A DNA stretch of 64,000 nt from the human T2T-CHM13v2.0 reference genome, Homo sapiens: assembly GCF_009914755.1 (NCBI RefSeq), contig NC_060936.1. One strand, written 5' to 3'. A program made the position numbers and the translations under genes. The notes under the pieces are model-generated. The model had not been told where the DNA came from. It searched no databases and saw only the letters and a list, made by a program, of their open reading frames with translations. Shown here one piece after another: positions 1-18,808 of the stretch. Every line of letters begins with the position of its first letter. The stretch's first letter is position 1.

Positions 1-59
1 ATCTGGGTTCTAAGCATTTGACATTATTAAACAGCTAAATGAAAGAGAACAGAAGGGTT

Positions 60-648
60 GCAAAGTAGAAAATGTATTTTATTTTTAAATTGAACGCCAT
101 TATATTTGTAATAACATTGCATGCTAAGAAGCATTAGGCAGCTCTGTCAGTTCCTGCTTCATACAGTCTAAATAAAACTGGAGAGCAATTTCTGAGAAGC
201 CAAGGGGGTGAGGATCTCATGTCTACCCCAGAGCGATTCCCAAGAATAGCAGGTCGGAAGTTCTAAGGTACAAGTGAAAGGCTGTCTGAAGTTCTGTTTG
301 GTTGTTGACCTACTGCTGGCTGCTAGGTTTGCCCAAGGGGTATCAGCGATAATAGGCTAGTCATAGGTCAGTCATTGCACAGATACACTCATCATCCTGG
401 GAAGGCCTCGGATGTGCCTGGAACGACCGATGTGAGTCATGAAGGCCCCCTTGGAAGACCACATCCAACCCCATACTTCTCACCTGGACTGTGACTTAAG
501 CAAAGTCCTCCTGAAGACCAGAGAGATGATCTACCATGAGTGTGCTCCGTCGGAAAACACCCAAATCCTTAAGGACATACAACCTCTTCCTGGGACCCCA
601 CATCCACCCTTGCTCTGGGGGTGGCCTAAATGAGGGTGAAGACTCAGC
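60..648 (-). other. Candidate terminal exon / 3' end of a minus-strand transcript
   Basis: Minus-strand acceptor-like CCCCTTATTCTTCTAG near 649-664, then unique sequence, AATAAA (tttatt at 78-83) and a U-rich downstream element. Product not recognised. Confidence 0.3.
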
Positions 649-1005
649 TAGAAGAATAAGGGGCAGCAAACATACCTGCTTGTTACAAAAGAAAAGAGAG
701 CAGTCAACACTCAATCTTGTTTCCTGACATCACCTGAGTCTGTAACTCCATCGGAGGATTTAGGGGGCAAAAATTAAACTCTCAAAAATGATTTTAAAGA
801 TTTTAACCTGTAATTTAAAGAGTAAACATTTGTCATCCTGTTTTGGGTTGCACTGTGTCACAAACCAGAAACAAATAAAATTTTCAAACCAGCAGCTAAC
901 TTTAGCACGGTTGAGCCGGGACCATCCACAGTGAGAGAGGCTGCCAGCACAGACAGTACCCTCTGCTGGGCAAAAGGGTCCCTACAGCCCCTCTTAGCAG
1001 GGCTA

Positions 1006-1573
<568 letters not shown>

Positions 1574-2871
1574 TTACCAACTGCTGCTCACAGCACTTTC
1601 TGCTGAAATGTTATTGCTGCTAAGGTGTCAGCAGATGAGAGACAAGTTTCTGCCTTCCCTTGAGACATCTGGATTTCCAAAGCAGGCTTTTGAAAGCTAA
1701 AAAGTTTTCAAGCCCCAAATGAGAATGGGTTTGGATTTATTCAAAAAAGGACCATACACATGGGAGAGAGATTTTCCTGGCACACTTCAAACCACATTTT
1801 CCAGGAAAGGAAGACTTTCAAGTAGCTCTGCTCAGGTCAGACTTAGGGATACGGGATACTCAAGGGATAGCATAGGATAGCCTGGGCAGAGTAGGGGGGT
1901 CGGGGGACATCCCTGTCTTCAACTGAAATGCAAGAATATGTTATAGAAGAACGATCACTATTGGGAAAAGGATGGTTTCATCTAATGTATTTGAAATTAT
2001 ACGAAGGGTTGGTTGATTCCACTTGACAACTATGTATGGAGATCCTCTTAGGAGCTATACTGTGAGATACTAAAGTATACAAAAATTACTAAGACACAAT
2101 GCCTACCCTCAAGGTGCTCAGTCTGGCAGAGGAGATAAACATGGAAATACCAATGCATTGAGGCCCATACTATACTAGCTTTATGTTCAAAGTGCCATCA
2201 CCCAAGAAGAAAGAGTGGAGGAGGCCTTTTCAAACATAAGTATAGAAGAGAGATCTTGACTTTAAAAATGCTAATCTCTCATATAAAAGTTTTTAATGAG
2301 GCTAGTGCTAGATAAGGGAAAGAAACGGAGAAATGAAGCAAAAATGAGACCTGTAAATTAAGTAAGACCTATTGCAAAAGAATTTTTCCTTTTGCTTTTT
2401 AAACTTGCAGCCATTTCAGATGCATAATTATTAACTGTGTCACAAGAATAAAAAAATAAACAGAGCATGGAAGATGATAGTGCACATAAATATTAGATCT
2501 TAATATTCATGAAACCTTGGCCATTCACTACATTTAGGGTTAGGGCCAGGAAACCAGAAGGTGAACAGAAAGAGAAAATTGTAATATAGAAGGAAAATCA
2601 GATGAAAGCATTACCAAATATTTCAATAAAAGTGGAACTAAGGCCAAATAGGACAAAAGGCAGAGCTGCAGAGGCAGATGATTTATTAACAGAGCTACTA
2701 AATTCTGTGTCAAGGGTAATTTCAAGTTACAAAGACTGAAGCTAAGAAAGAATGAAGTAGAAAGTCCAGAGAATTGGGAGTTTAGAGACCAGATTCTAGA
2801 CTTAGCTGCACTGCTGACAAATAAGGGGACCTCTGTAGACCTTGGTTTCCACATCTGTAAAAAGATAAGGT

Positions 2872-3172
<301 letters not shown>

Positions 3173-3175
3173 TTA

Positions 3176-3622
<447 letters not shown>

Positions 3623-3699
3623 TCAGGGAAGACAATCAAAGGAGACAAGAAAGGGTAAGAACAGTACTTGGGAATATTTTCAATTCAGTTATTGAACAC

Positions 3700-3960
3700 T
3701 GTGGTAGCAGCCTCCAAGATGGCCCCCAATAATCCTTGTCTCAAGTATTCACGTCCCTGTGTAATTTGCACCCACACTGTACCAAGGTTGTTCTCTATGA
3801 TTGACAGTATACAGCACAAATAATGGCAGATCACTTCCAAGATTCTTAGATTATAAAAGACTGCAGCCTCAGTCTTCAGTACCCTATCCCCATCCATCTG
3901 TATCTGCATCTGTATGTCTATGTCTATGTCTATCCCCATCTCTATCTCCATCTCTCTTGG
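3700..3960 (+). mobile_element. MLT1-family MaLR LTR fragment
   Basis: TGTGGTAGCAGCCTCCAAGATGGCCCCCAA start typical of MLT1F/G. Confidence 0.65.
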
Positions 3961-4604
3961 ATCGCCTGCTGTTTTGACTTACGTTTGATGCTCTTTTCAC
4001 TATACTGCATTGACTCTTTAAAATGAATTAATTTCATAGATAAATAAGGTTCAAGTGGATTAAGTAATTTGTTCAAGATTCTATAGCAAGTAGCTGAGCC
4101 TCTGCACTAACCTATCAAACACAACTCCATTGTTTAGGATAATCTTTTTCCTTCTGTCAAACTTCACTGACCTTGAGATAATTAGCTCAATGAACATTAA
4201 AAGAAACCAGAGCTGTCCTTGAAAGGTAAGCTGGGGTGTTTGCCTCAGGTCTTCCAATTCGAGGTGAGTGCTATATCAGTGATTCATACTTAGTGATCTA
4301 TTCATCCATTTACTCAACAAGTATTTTTTAACACCCATTTAAGCACAGTGGGTTGTAAGAAATACAAAATGCTGAGATTTATTAATCTAATCAGGAATAA
4401 AAGGTGAATGTCATGAAAAATTAGAATAAGATCATTATATGTCTGCCTGCTGAACGAATGATGTGAACAGTATATACAGTAAGCATTTAAAAAGAATCAT
4501 AGAACCTTAAAAAATGAAAGAATAAAGAAAATCCACTGTTTTCCGGAAAAATCATACCACACTCTCAGGCAATGGAATCTAGACTTAGAAACCCTGACTT
4601 TTTT

Positions 4605-4842
4605 TTTGTTTCCATTCATATTTTAGATTCAGGAGGTCCATGTGCAGGTTTGTTACAGGGTATATTGTGCGGTGCTGAGGTTTGGGCTTCCATTGATCCT
4701 GTCACTCAGACAGTGAACATACCACCCAATAGAAAGTTTTTCACGCTTTGCCCCCTTCCCTATCTCCCTCCTTTTGGAGTCCTCAGTGTCAGTTGTTCCC
4801 ATCTTTATGTCCATGTGAATCCAAGATTTAGCTCCCACTAAT
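4605..4842 (-). mobile_element. Old L1 (L1MA/L1PB) 3' end fragment
   Basis: CATGTGCAGGTTTGTTACA...TTTAGCTCCCACT is the reverse L1 3'UTR. Confidence 0.8.
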
Positions 4843-5072
4843 AAGAGACCCGGACTCTTATTCCCTCAAAGTTACTTTCTCTCATAGGGATAGCCCATCA
4901 GTTACCATTACGAATACTACCAGACCCCAGGAGACACTGCTTTCTCCTTTAATATTTTGGCTGTGACTTGGTCATCAGGCTAAAGAATTTAAACTCTGAT
5001 TCCATAATTGTTGAAAGTTTTTGAGCTAAATTCACAACAGGGATGAGAACTGAGGTGTCAGAGGCAGGGGGA

Positions 5073-5130
5073 TTGACGTCAACACCCCCAGCTCACACCG
5101 GGCCAGCAGGGCAGGACCACCACCTGGTGA
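5073..5130. promoter_or_regulatory. Full CRE palindrome plus CTCF-like motif
   Basis: TTGACGTCAA at 5073-5082 and CACCACCTGGTGAC nearby, in a locally GC-rich unique patch. Confidence 0.35.
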
Positions 5131-5216
5131 CAGGCACAGATGGGCAGCAGAGTCCTCCAGAGAGAGAGTGGGGCAGGGCACTAGAAGGGGCTGTGAGCGT
5201 TGCAGTGCTTGACTGA

Positions 5217-5593
<377 letters not shown>

Positions 5594-6208
5594 AAGACCC
5601 TTTTTTAGCTTCATGAAGAGCAGAGAAAAATGCAGGTGTTTTAAGAAGATTGATATGGCCCTAGGTTCTCAATATTTTTAGCTTTCTGGCCCTCTGGTGT
5701 CATGAAGTCACAGTAAAGATAACAGAAACTACCTACTTTCAGCATATGCTGATTTTCACAGAGGATTGTGAGAAATGGACTGCAAAAGTAAAAAGGGAAA
5801 ATTCCAAGCAGGAATGAAAAAAATATTTGAATCTATGCATGTTTTTCAAGTCAGGAGGTAAACAAGGGCTCCTTTTTACCCCTAGAGGCCCCACAGGCAC
5901 CTTGAGTTTACTGTGCTCCAGAGTGTTGGTTTTCTCCTTAGTACCTGTCCTTCCTTTTACATTCTGTGATATGGTGAATGACATCACCATCTACGCACTT
6001 AGGCCCAAATCCAAGGAGCAATTCTCTCTACCTCTTCTTCCTCCTGACCCTACAATCAGTGACTATATTGTAAATTCTGCTTCCTGAATATCTCTCTAGT
6101 CTATGTCCTCACCTTCTTATTTACTATGTGAGTCTTGGTGAAAACTCTCATTCTCTCTACCCCAGATCGAACAGTTCCTTTAAATGGATGGGTATTTCTC
6201 AAAGATAA

Positions 6209-8457
6209 TGTATTAGTCCCTTCTCACACTGCTAATAAAGACATACCTGAGACTGTGTAATTTATAAAGGAAAGAGGTTTAATGAACTCCCAGTTCCACA
6301 TGGCTGGGGAGGCCTCACAATCATGGACAAAGACGAAGGAAGAGCAAAGGGATGTCATACATGGCAGCAGGCAAAGAGAGAGCTTGTGCAGGGGAATTCC
6401 CATTTATAAAACCATCAGATCTCATGAGATTTATTCACTACCACGAGAACAGTATGGAGAAACCACTCCCATGGTTCAATTATCTCCACCTGGCCCTGCC
6501 CTTGACACATGGGGATTATTACAATTCATGGTGAGATTTGGGTGGGGACACAGCCAAACCATATCATTCCACCCCTGGGCCCCTCCTAAATCTCATGTGC
6601 TCACATTTCAAAACCAATCATGCCTTCCCAACAGTCCCTTATAGTCTTAACACATTTCAGCATTAACTCAAAAGTCCACAATCCAAAGTCTCATCTGAGA
6701 CAAGGCAAGTTCCTTCCACCTATGGGCCTGTAAAATCAAAAGCAAGTTAGTTACTTCCTAAATACAGTGGGGGTACAGGCATTGGGTAAGTACACCCATT
6801 CCAAATGGGAGAAATTGGTCAAAACAAAGGGCTACAGACCCCAGGCAAGTCTGAAATCCAGTGGGGCAGTCAAATCCTAAAGCTCCAAAATGATCTCCTT
6901 TGATTCCATGTCTCACATCCAGGTAATGCTGATGTAAGAGGTGGGTTTCCACAGTCTTGGGCAGCTCCACTCCTGTGGCTTTACAGGGTACAGCCCTGTT
7001 TTCAGCTGCTTTCACAGGCTGGCATTGTGTGTCTGCAGCTTTTCCAGGCACACAGTACAAGCCGTCAGTGGATCTACCATTCTGGGGTCTGGAGGATGGT
7101 GGCCTTCTTCTCACAGCTCCACTTGGCAGTGCCCCAGTGGGGACTCTGTGTGGGGTCTCCCACCCAACATTTCCCTTCCACACTGCCTTAGCAGAGTTTT
7201 TCCATGAGGGCTCCACCGCTGCAGCAAACATCTGTCTGGAGATACAGGCATTTCCATACATCCTCTGAAATCTAGGCAAAGGTTCCCAAACCTCAATTCT
7301 TGACTTCTGTGCATTTGTAGGCTCAACACCATGTGGAAGCTGCCAAAGCTTGGGGCTTGCACCTGCTGAAGCCACAGGCCAAGCTGTTCTTTGGCCCCTT
7401 TTAGCCATGACTGGGATGCAGGGCACCAAGTCCAAGACTACACAAAGCAGCAAGGCCCTGGGCCTGGCCCAGGAAACCACTTTTCCCTCCTAAGACTCCA
7501 GGCCTGTGAAGAGAGGGGCTGCCATGACGACCTCTGACATGCCTTGGAGACATTTTCCCCATGGTCTTGGTGATTAACATTTGGCTCCTCATTACTTATG
7601 CAAATTTCTGCAGCTATCTTAAATTTCTCCTCAGAAAATGGGTTTTTCTTTTCTACCACATCATCAGGCTACACATTTTCTGAACGTTTATGCTCTGCTT
7701 CTCTTTGTGAATATAGAAAGCTGAATGCTTTTAACAGCACCCAGGTCACCTCTTGAAGGCTCTGCTGCTTAGAAATCTCTTCTGCCAGATGCCCTAAATC
7801 AGCTCTCTCAAGTTCAAAGTTCCACAGATCTCTGGGGCAGGGGCAAAATGCCATCAGTCTCTTGCTAAAACATAGCAAGTCTTGCTAAAACATGCCTCGT
7901 CTCCATCTGAGACCACCTCAGCCTGGACTTTATTGTCCATATCACTATCAGCATTTTGGTCAAAACCATTCAACAATTGCTAGGAAGTTTTTTCAAACTT
8001 TCCCTCTAAACCATTCCAACCTCTGCCTGTTACCCAGTTCCAAAGTCGCTTCCACATTTTCAGGTATCTTTATAGTAGTGCCCCACTCCTGGCACCAATT
8101 TACTGTGTTAGTCTGTTCTCATGATGCTAATAAAGACATACGTGAGACTGGGTAATTTATAAGGGAAAGAGGTTTAATGGACTCACAGTTCCACAGGACG
8201 GGGAGGCCTCACAATAAGGGAGGAAGATGAACGCGGAGCAAAGGGATGTCTTACATGGTGACAGGCAAAGAGAAAACTTGTGCAGGGGAACTCCCATTTA
8301 TGAAACCATCAGATCTCATGAGATTTATTCACTACCACGAGAACAGTATGGCAGAAACTGCCCCCATGATTCTGTTATTACCACCTGGCTCCACCCTGGA
8401 CACATGGGGATTATTACAGTTTAAGATGAGATTTGAGTGGTGACACAAACCATATCA
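6209..8457 (-). mobile_element. Full-length THE1 MaLR element (LTR 6209-6566, internal 6567-8103, LTR 8104-8457)
   Basis: Two ~355-bp homologous LTRs (TGT.TTAGTC...GCTAATAAAGACATAC...AAACCATATCA) flank a ~1.5-kb THE1-int sequence. Confidence 0.93.
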
Positions 8458-8719
8458 GACACTGTTCCATGATTGTATCAGTCAGCATCCAGCAGGAAGC
8501 TGGCTACGCATGCAGAGGTGACACTTGAAGACATTTGAATAAATAAATTATTTTCAAAGGTGTGGGCTGGTACAGGAACCAGCAAAGGATAGTGATGCAC
8601 CCCTAGATTAGCAATAGCAGGAAGTCATTGCCACTGTGAGGTCTGAAGGGGCAGAGGAAGGAGAGAACTATGGCTATAGAATCTAGAGTGAGCTGTAGCT
8701 ATAGAAATGGGACCTCTCA

Positions 8720-8870
8720 TTTTCATTACCAAAAATGATAAGTGTGTGAGGTAGCACGTGTTAATTAGCTCAATTTAGCCACTCCATAATGTATACATAT
8801 TTCAAAATAACATATTGTACACAATTAATATAGATAACTTTCATTTGTCAAATAAAAAACTAAAAATAAT
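8720..8870 (+). mobile_element. L1MA 3' end fragment
   Basis: TTAATTAGCTCAATTTAGCCACTCCATAATGTATACATATTTCAAAA followed by an A-rich tail. Confidence 0.75.
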
Positions 8871-8906
8871 GAACAAATGAAAAAAGGGACTTCCTAACAT
8901 GAATTA

Positions 8907-9270
<364 letters not shown>

Positions 9271-10333
9271 AAGGAAAGAAAAACAGATAGGAAGAAAATT
9301 TTCTGTGCTGTCTTTCTTCCTACCTCTGATCTCCTCCTGGTTTCCCCCATTGGCTGAACCCAACAAGAAGGGAGCAGGCAAGAGAGTCAAGCTGGGACAT
9401 TTCCAGAAGGTCAGCCTCCTGGAGTCAGGGTAGAGAAAGGTGGGGATCAAACCCAGATGGACAAAAGGAGAATATCCACAACAAAGGCATTTCACAGGAC
9501 CCATTTGCACATTAAAATATTTTAAGAGACCTCTGGCAAAGAAACCTCTTCAAATTTATTTACCCAGTGTTTTTCTGATCTTTCTGAATTTAATCTTGCT
9601 CAGCTGCATCTACTTCCTAAATGCCACCACGTATGACTTCTTAAAGCACAAATCTTAGCAAGTTATTTCTCTGCTCAAACATCTGTCGAAGGTTCCCCAT
9701 TACCATAAAATGGACGCCTCTCCCTGACCCTCATACCATCGCCCACCTAACATACACACATACCAGACCATCACTGACTCCTAATTTATACTCCAGGCTG
9801 ACTGAGCTGCTTAGGGTTCCCTGTTTCATGACCCCATGCGGTCCTTCCACCTAGAATGCCCCAGTGATCCCAATGCCTGCATTAATATGATCAAGTGGAC
9901 CCTTTTCATAAAACCTTTTCCAATGAACTAGACTGGATGACACTTATTTTTATGCTCCTGCGGTACTTCTTTAGGCTTGCAACTGGTCTATCATACAGTA
10001 GTAACTCTGTTTGATTTTTATCTCCTTGATGAGGCTGAAGAATGTCTTGAGGTCAGGCTCAGTGGGTAACACTGCTTTGTATCCCTGCTGCTCAGCTCAA
10101 TGCCCAGCAAACAATAGAGGCCCAGGGAATGTTGGTTGACTTGAGTTCTTCCTCTGTGTGAGAGCCATATGGGTGGTAAGCAAGCAGAAGTGAGATCTTT
10201 CCAGAACACACCCCCGAGTCATGAGCAGAGGGGAGACCAAAAATGTCTGCACCTTGGACTCCTTGTGTTTGGTTCTATTATTCCTACTCATAGACGCTGA
10301 AGTGACTGCTAGGAAAAAAATAATAAGATGTGA

Positions 10334-11036
<703 letters not shown>

Positions 11037-11706
11037 TTACAAATCAGATGGAAAAAGGTGAGGGGAATGCTTTCAATCCTAACTCTACCCCTTTACCAAC
11101 TGGGTGGCCAAGTTACTCAATGCCTTTAAGTCAGTTTCCCCATCTGCAAAATAAGAGTAAAACCCACCTCACACGGTTATTACCAGGATTTAATGAGATA
11201 GCATGGGATGGAGATTAGCAGAGACCTGATAAATTTGTGTTTCTGTTTCTACTACCTTAATTATCTCTTCTTTGAAGAGGCTGCCTTTCTAATTTTGGAA
11301 GCAGGCAGGTGACTTGGATGGGTGCAGTGAGGTATGCTACCTTGTTTGTTTAAATTTTTAAAAAAAATTAATTTCAAAGCTTCCTTATGGCAATCGTGTG
11401 ACAGAAATAAAACTAGGCAGTTGTTGCTATGCGACATCAGTAGCTTGCCGAGGGACTGGATATATCTTTGCTGTTACTTATCTTTAGTAGAATCTTGAGC
11501 AACATTTTTCTGACTACCCAATGTTATCCTGTTCTCATTATGTAAAAAAACAGTTGAGATGGGAAATTGGGGAGGAAGTCCTGCCCTGAGGTTCACTGGA
11601 TAACGGCTGGTCCACAGACACCTTAGTACAAGACTTTGTGTGTCCTCTTTCCATTTTTGGTTCTTTTTCCTTAATCTGTTTCCCCCCATTTTCTTCGCTT
11701 TTATAA

Positions 11707-12024
<318 letters not shown>

Positions 12025-12331
12025 AATCTAGGCCTTTCCTTGATGGTGTCTTTCTCAGTTTTGGTTGGGTGTTGGACCTTGACCCTTTTAAAGCAACAAA
12101 TATTAGGATTTATCTAAAAATTGGATTCATAGCTAGTCCATACAATAAATGTCTCTCTCTACTTTTCACTTAACAAAAGACATGACAAAGTTCATATAAA
12201 TGTTTTTTGTGAAATATTTAACTTCATGGTCTTGGGTTATTCTCATCTTCACTCGTGTGCTGGTGTACAATCTTCATACTTCATAGTTTCTTCTAACACA
12301 TTCCTTTCTTTGAAAAAAAAAAAAAAAAAAA

Positions 12332-12545
<214 letters not shown>

Positions 12546-13489
12546 TTAACTGCATTAAAAACAAATAAGTCTGCAGTAAAACTCCTAAATGTGTCTTGTC
12601 CCTAACTCCTCCCCTTTGTCCATGTCCCCTTTTCAATCCAGAGCTCTTACCAATTCTGTCCTTCCTACTCCTCTCTGCCGGCTCTTCTGCTCTCATCCAA
12701 GTACATGCTTGAGTTCACCTGACCCTTCTGCACTTTTCCATTCTCAATTCACTGGCAACAGTGTGTTGAAATTCTAAGCAAGTGCAGAAAAAGAGTGCAC
12801 AAGAAATCTAATGGGGGACATTCTAAAGGAGTCTGTGACCAGGTTTGAGGAAAAAGTCCCACTCAGGGTTAGAAAGCATCATGGGGGAGGGGTGAGCATT
12901 CTGAAGAAGGTGTGTTTGAGCTGGGAGGACTTACTCTGTGCTGCGAGAAGTGACTAGACAATAACAACACAATATTCTAATTTTGAAGGGAGCCCCAGGG
13001 CTTTTGTGCTGATACTTGTCCTACCCAACCCCCCCCCACCCCATCTCCAGCCTGTGTTTCTACGTTGGTCTTCTGCTCCAGCCAAAAGTATTTGCCTTGG
13101 CTTGAACTCACCCAGCTTTTCAGCATCAACTATGTAAAAGAGAAATGGTCAGAATGGAGTGGGATCCCTGAGAATATCTACTCTAACTCCCAGACAGTCC
13201 AAAACCTGAAGCCAAGAGATGGGCTAAAGTCACATAGCTTGTTAGTGTTATCAGACAGAGGGACCCGGTGTCACAGGCCCTGGCTTTCCAGCCAATGGGC
13301 CAACTGGCCAAAAGAGAGGCCTGGAGGGTGGAACTTTAAAGTAAGGCCTGTTTTGTCTAATTTATGTCCAGTTAATGACTAGAGGATGATGATGTATTTT
13401 TAATCTCAGAGAGAGGGGAAGGAAGACCCAAATGGGCACAGTTCCAGGCTATAAGGATTGTTGGCAAACAGATTCCTGTTTCCCTTATC

Positions 13490-14130
13490 AGTATATGGTA
13501 GCAAACATGTATTGAGTACCTACTGTTTCTGCATCCGACACTGGGCACTGGCGCACAGAGATGCAGAGAATACAATTCTTGTCCAGCCCTCAAAACTCGT
13601 GGACTAATGGCTAAACAAATCTCAAATTAAATAGAGCAAAAGACAGAATCCTGGGGGAAACGCTTTTTTTTTTCCCCCTGCACAAAGAAGGAATGATGAA
13701 TCCACCCTGTGAGGAAGAAGAGGTCAGAGATGGTCTCACAGAAGAAGTAGTTTTGAGTGGGGTCTTAAAGGGGAGATATGGAAGTGGCAGAGAGAAGGCC
13801 AAGGGCTCCATGCAGCTGAGGCAGCCCATGTAAACAGAAGGCGGCCATAACCAGCAGGGCATCTGAGCTTTGTTTCCCGTGAGAGGTGCTGTGGCACATA
13901 CAGTGTGTAGGAAAGAAATGGGGGGACTAGGATGAAAGGCTGGAAGCACAGAAAAGGGCTGGTACTGTAATGATAGGCCTCTGATTAATAAATCCATTTG
14001 CATATGTATATTCCACTTAGATAGGGAAACAATTTGCAGCCCTGGCATTTAGACCTGATCCTGTGAGCCACAGGGAGTAAAAAGGTTTTTAATAACAGGA
14101 GCATCATGACTGGGTTTGTGTGTTAGAAAG
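13490..14130. mobile_element. L2 fragments
   Basis: CAAACATGTATTGAGTACCTACTGT...CTGGGCACTGG and purine-rich L2 3' body motifs. Confidence 0.6.
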
Positions 14131-14449
14131 ACTTTCAGATTTCCATGACTGACCCTTCAAATGCTAGGTGAAATGAGCGAATGTTGCATCTTTCTGCAGG
14201 TGAAAGAACTGTAAAAGCAAAGCTATATTTACAAAGAGGAATATTTCAAGAAGACTTAGCTTGTTATGTCTGTTGAATTCTAAATAACAATGGTTATGGG
14301 TTAGGATAAGACCTAAGGAGGAAGAGCACATCATCTTTTACTCTGCAGGAGCTCTTTGAAGCTCTGTGTAAGCTTCTAAACCCATTAAACCATACAAAGT
14401 CTTATTTATAATACACAGAGTGACCCCCTACCTCGACAGCCAGATAATG

Positions 14450-14680
14450 GCAATCACTAACATCTGTATAACTCTCTGTATTCACAAAGCACTCTATTCC
14501 ATTTCCTGAGTCCCACAAAAACTGGATAGATGCTATTTTTGTCTCCACTTTACAGATGAGAAAACTGAGAATTAGAAAGGCAAAGTGACTTGCCTAAGGT
14601 AAGAGCCTATCAGGGATGGAGTTGAGAATTGAACCTGAGTTCTCTGGCTCCAAATTCTGATGTTCTTTCCATTGCATCCT
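14450..14680 (-). mobile_element. MIR
   Basis: Core TTTACAGATGAGAAAACTGAG...AAGTGACTTGCCTAAGGT. Confidence 0.8.
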
Positions 14681-15340
14681 GCTGGTAATCAGTAGGGTGC
14701 CAGACATCACAGCCAGATCACCTACCTAGAAACAAGAGACTGTGTTCTGCAACAGAAACTGCCACCAGTTGACTGATGATCTTGGCCATGTCCTTATCCA
14801 ACTAATAGGAATAATGACACCTGCTCACTGATGGTAAGGATGTTATAACACTTTGCAAAGTGTAGAGCACTATATAGGCATAATGCTCATCTGTATTCAT
14901 TTAGCATAATAACCTGATCTCCAAAAGCCTAGAAACTATCCATATGTTAGAGCCGCTGACAAAATATTTTCACCCAAAAACTGCCACCGTCACATGGAGA
15001 AGGGAGATCAGAAATAGGTCATATCTGTAATGTGTTCCTCTTCCAGATTCCAAAAAAATTTTAAAAAAAAGAAGGTATACTTTTGCAGCCAGTCCGAGTG
15101 ACACATAAGTCAGGCATTTTTTAAAAATCTGTTTTAAGATGGTAAATTAGTGGGCAAAGTTACTTCACCTTGAAGGACCTGAGAGAGGCCTTAGCTGTAA
15201 AATGATGGAGTTGGATGTGATAAACTCCATGATTCCTTCCTGTTCTAAGACTGAATTATTCTATGCATAAATGAAACAGATTTGTGTAAGATCGGATTAA
15301 GATCTTTTTGAGCCTCTAGGGGAGATTACTGAGAATGGGG

Positions 15341-15644
15341 TTTTGTTGTTGTTGTTGTTGTTTTTGAGACAAGGTCTCACTCAGTCACCCAGGCTGGAGT
15401 GCAGTGCCGCAATCTCAGCTCACTGCAGCCTTGACTTCGTGGGCTGCCGTCCTCCCACCTCAGCCTCCTGAGGAGCTGAGACTACAGGTGCATGCCATCA
15501 CAGCCAACTACTTTTTGTATTTTTTGTAGAGATGCGGTCTCGCTATGTTGCCCAGGCTGATCTTGAACTTCTGAGCTCAAGCGATCCACCTGCCTCAGGC
15601 TCCCAAAGTGCTGGGATCACAGGCATGCACCACCAAGCGTGGCC
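15341..15644 (-). mobile_element. AluJ
   Basis: Reverse Alu with (TTG)n tail. Confidence 0.9.
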
Positions 15645-15757
15645 TACTGGGAACAGTTTTTAAAGCCTATTTCTTGCTGTGAGCCTTACATCACTACCCA
15701 CGCCCCCACCGCAGGGGCAAGAGAACCTGAACTGATTGACCAGCCAACAGCCATAAG

Positions 15758-16075
15758 AGGTGGCTCATGCCTGTAATCCCAGCACTTTGGGAAGCTGAGG
15801 CTAGTGGATCACTGGAGGTCAGGAGTTTGAGATCAGCATGGCCAACATGGTGAAATCCCATCTCTACTAAAAACACAAAAATTAGCTGGGCATGGTGGTG
15901 GACACCAGTAATCCCAGCTACTCAGGAGGCTGAGGCAGGAGTATCGGCTTAAGCCCAGGAGGCAGAGGTTGCAATGAGCAGAGATCGTGCGGCAGACGTT
16001 GCAATGAGCCGAGATCGTGCCACTGTACTCCAGCCTGGGTGACAGAGCGAGACTCCATCTCAAAAAAAAAAAAAA
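15758..16075 (+). mobile_element. AluS with 30-bp internal duplication
   Basis: GGCAGA.GTTGCAATGAGC.GAGATCGTGC twice at 15961-16020. Confidence 0.9.
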
Positions 16076-16179
16076 GAGAGAGAGAGAGACACCACAGGCT
16101 TAAGAAAGTAAAGAGAAGTCTTCCTCTTTCTCCTCTCTCTATGGTAGCTGAAAAAAAAAAAAGAGAGAGTGGGGAAAGA

Positions 16180-16995
16180 AAAGACAGCCCAATTAAAAAA
16201 TGGGTAAAGGACTTGAATAGACATTTATCCAAAGAAGATACACAGATGGCCAATAAACACAGGAAAAGGTGCTCAACACCATTAGTCATCAGAGAAATGC
16301 AAATCAAAACCACCAAGAGACACACTTCACACCTACTAGGACAGTTATAATCAAAAATGTGGAAAATAAGTGTTGGTGAGGATGTGGAGAAATTAGAACC
16401 CTCGTACATTGCTGGTGGGAATATAAAGTGGTGCAGATGCTATGGAAAACAGTTTGGCAGTTCTTCAAAAAATAAACACAAAATTACCACAAAACCCAAC
16501 AATTCCATTTCTAAGTATATACACAAAAGAACTAAAAACAGGGACTCAAACAAATACTTGTATGGCAATGTTCTTTACAGCATTATTCACAATAGCCAAA
16601 AGATGTGGATAAGCAAAATGTAGTATATACATAGAATGGAATGTTACTCAGCCATAAAAGAAAGAATCCACTTATAATACATGCTACAACATGGATGAAG
16701 TTTGAAAACATTATGCTAAGTGAAATCAGCTAGACAAATTCCACTGGTATGAAATTCCACTTACGTAAAAGACACAATATGGTTTATAGGTTACCAGAGG
16801 ATTGGGGGAGGGGAAATGGGAGTTATTGCTTAACGGGTAAAGAGTTTCTGTTTGGGTGATAAAAAAAAGTTTTGGAAATAAGTAATAGTGATGGTTGCAC
16901 AATATCATAAGTGTAGTTAAGGCCACTGAATTGTCTCTCAAAAAGAATTAAAATGGCAATGTTTGTTTATAAATATTTTACCACAATAAGCAAAA
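16180..16995 (+). mobile_element. L1MB-type ORF2 end and 3'UTR
   Basis: Peptide [24 protein letters not shown] is the L1 ORF2 C-terminus; L1MB-like 3' end follows. Confidence 0.85.
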
Positions 16996-17047
16996 AAAGA
17001 AGGGAAGAGGGGCATGGCTTGCCCCAGTTGTATGTTTAAGAAGCCTA

Positions 17048-18700
<1,653 letters not shown>

Positions 18701-18715
18701 AATAATGCAAACATA

Positions 18716-18808
18716 TAGGAAGAAGGAGGAGGAGGAGGAAGAGGAAGAAGAGGAGGAGGAAGAGGAGGAAGAAAAAGAAGGAGAAGGAGGAGGAGGAGGA
18801 GAAGAAGC
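18716..18808 (+). repeat. (GAG/GAA)n purine tract
   Basis: Direct reading. Confidence 0.9.

Noticed and set aside
320-730. Possible retroviral RT 'LPQG'-like motif or short coding exon
   Set aside because: No sustained similarity in any frame.
6758-7480. 240-aa ORF
   Set aside because: Remnant reading frame of the THE1 internal region, common to many copies.
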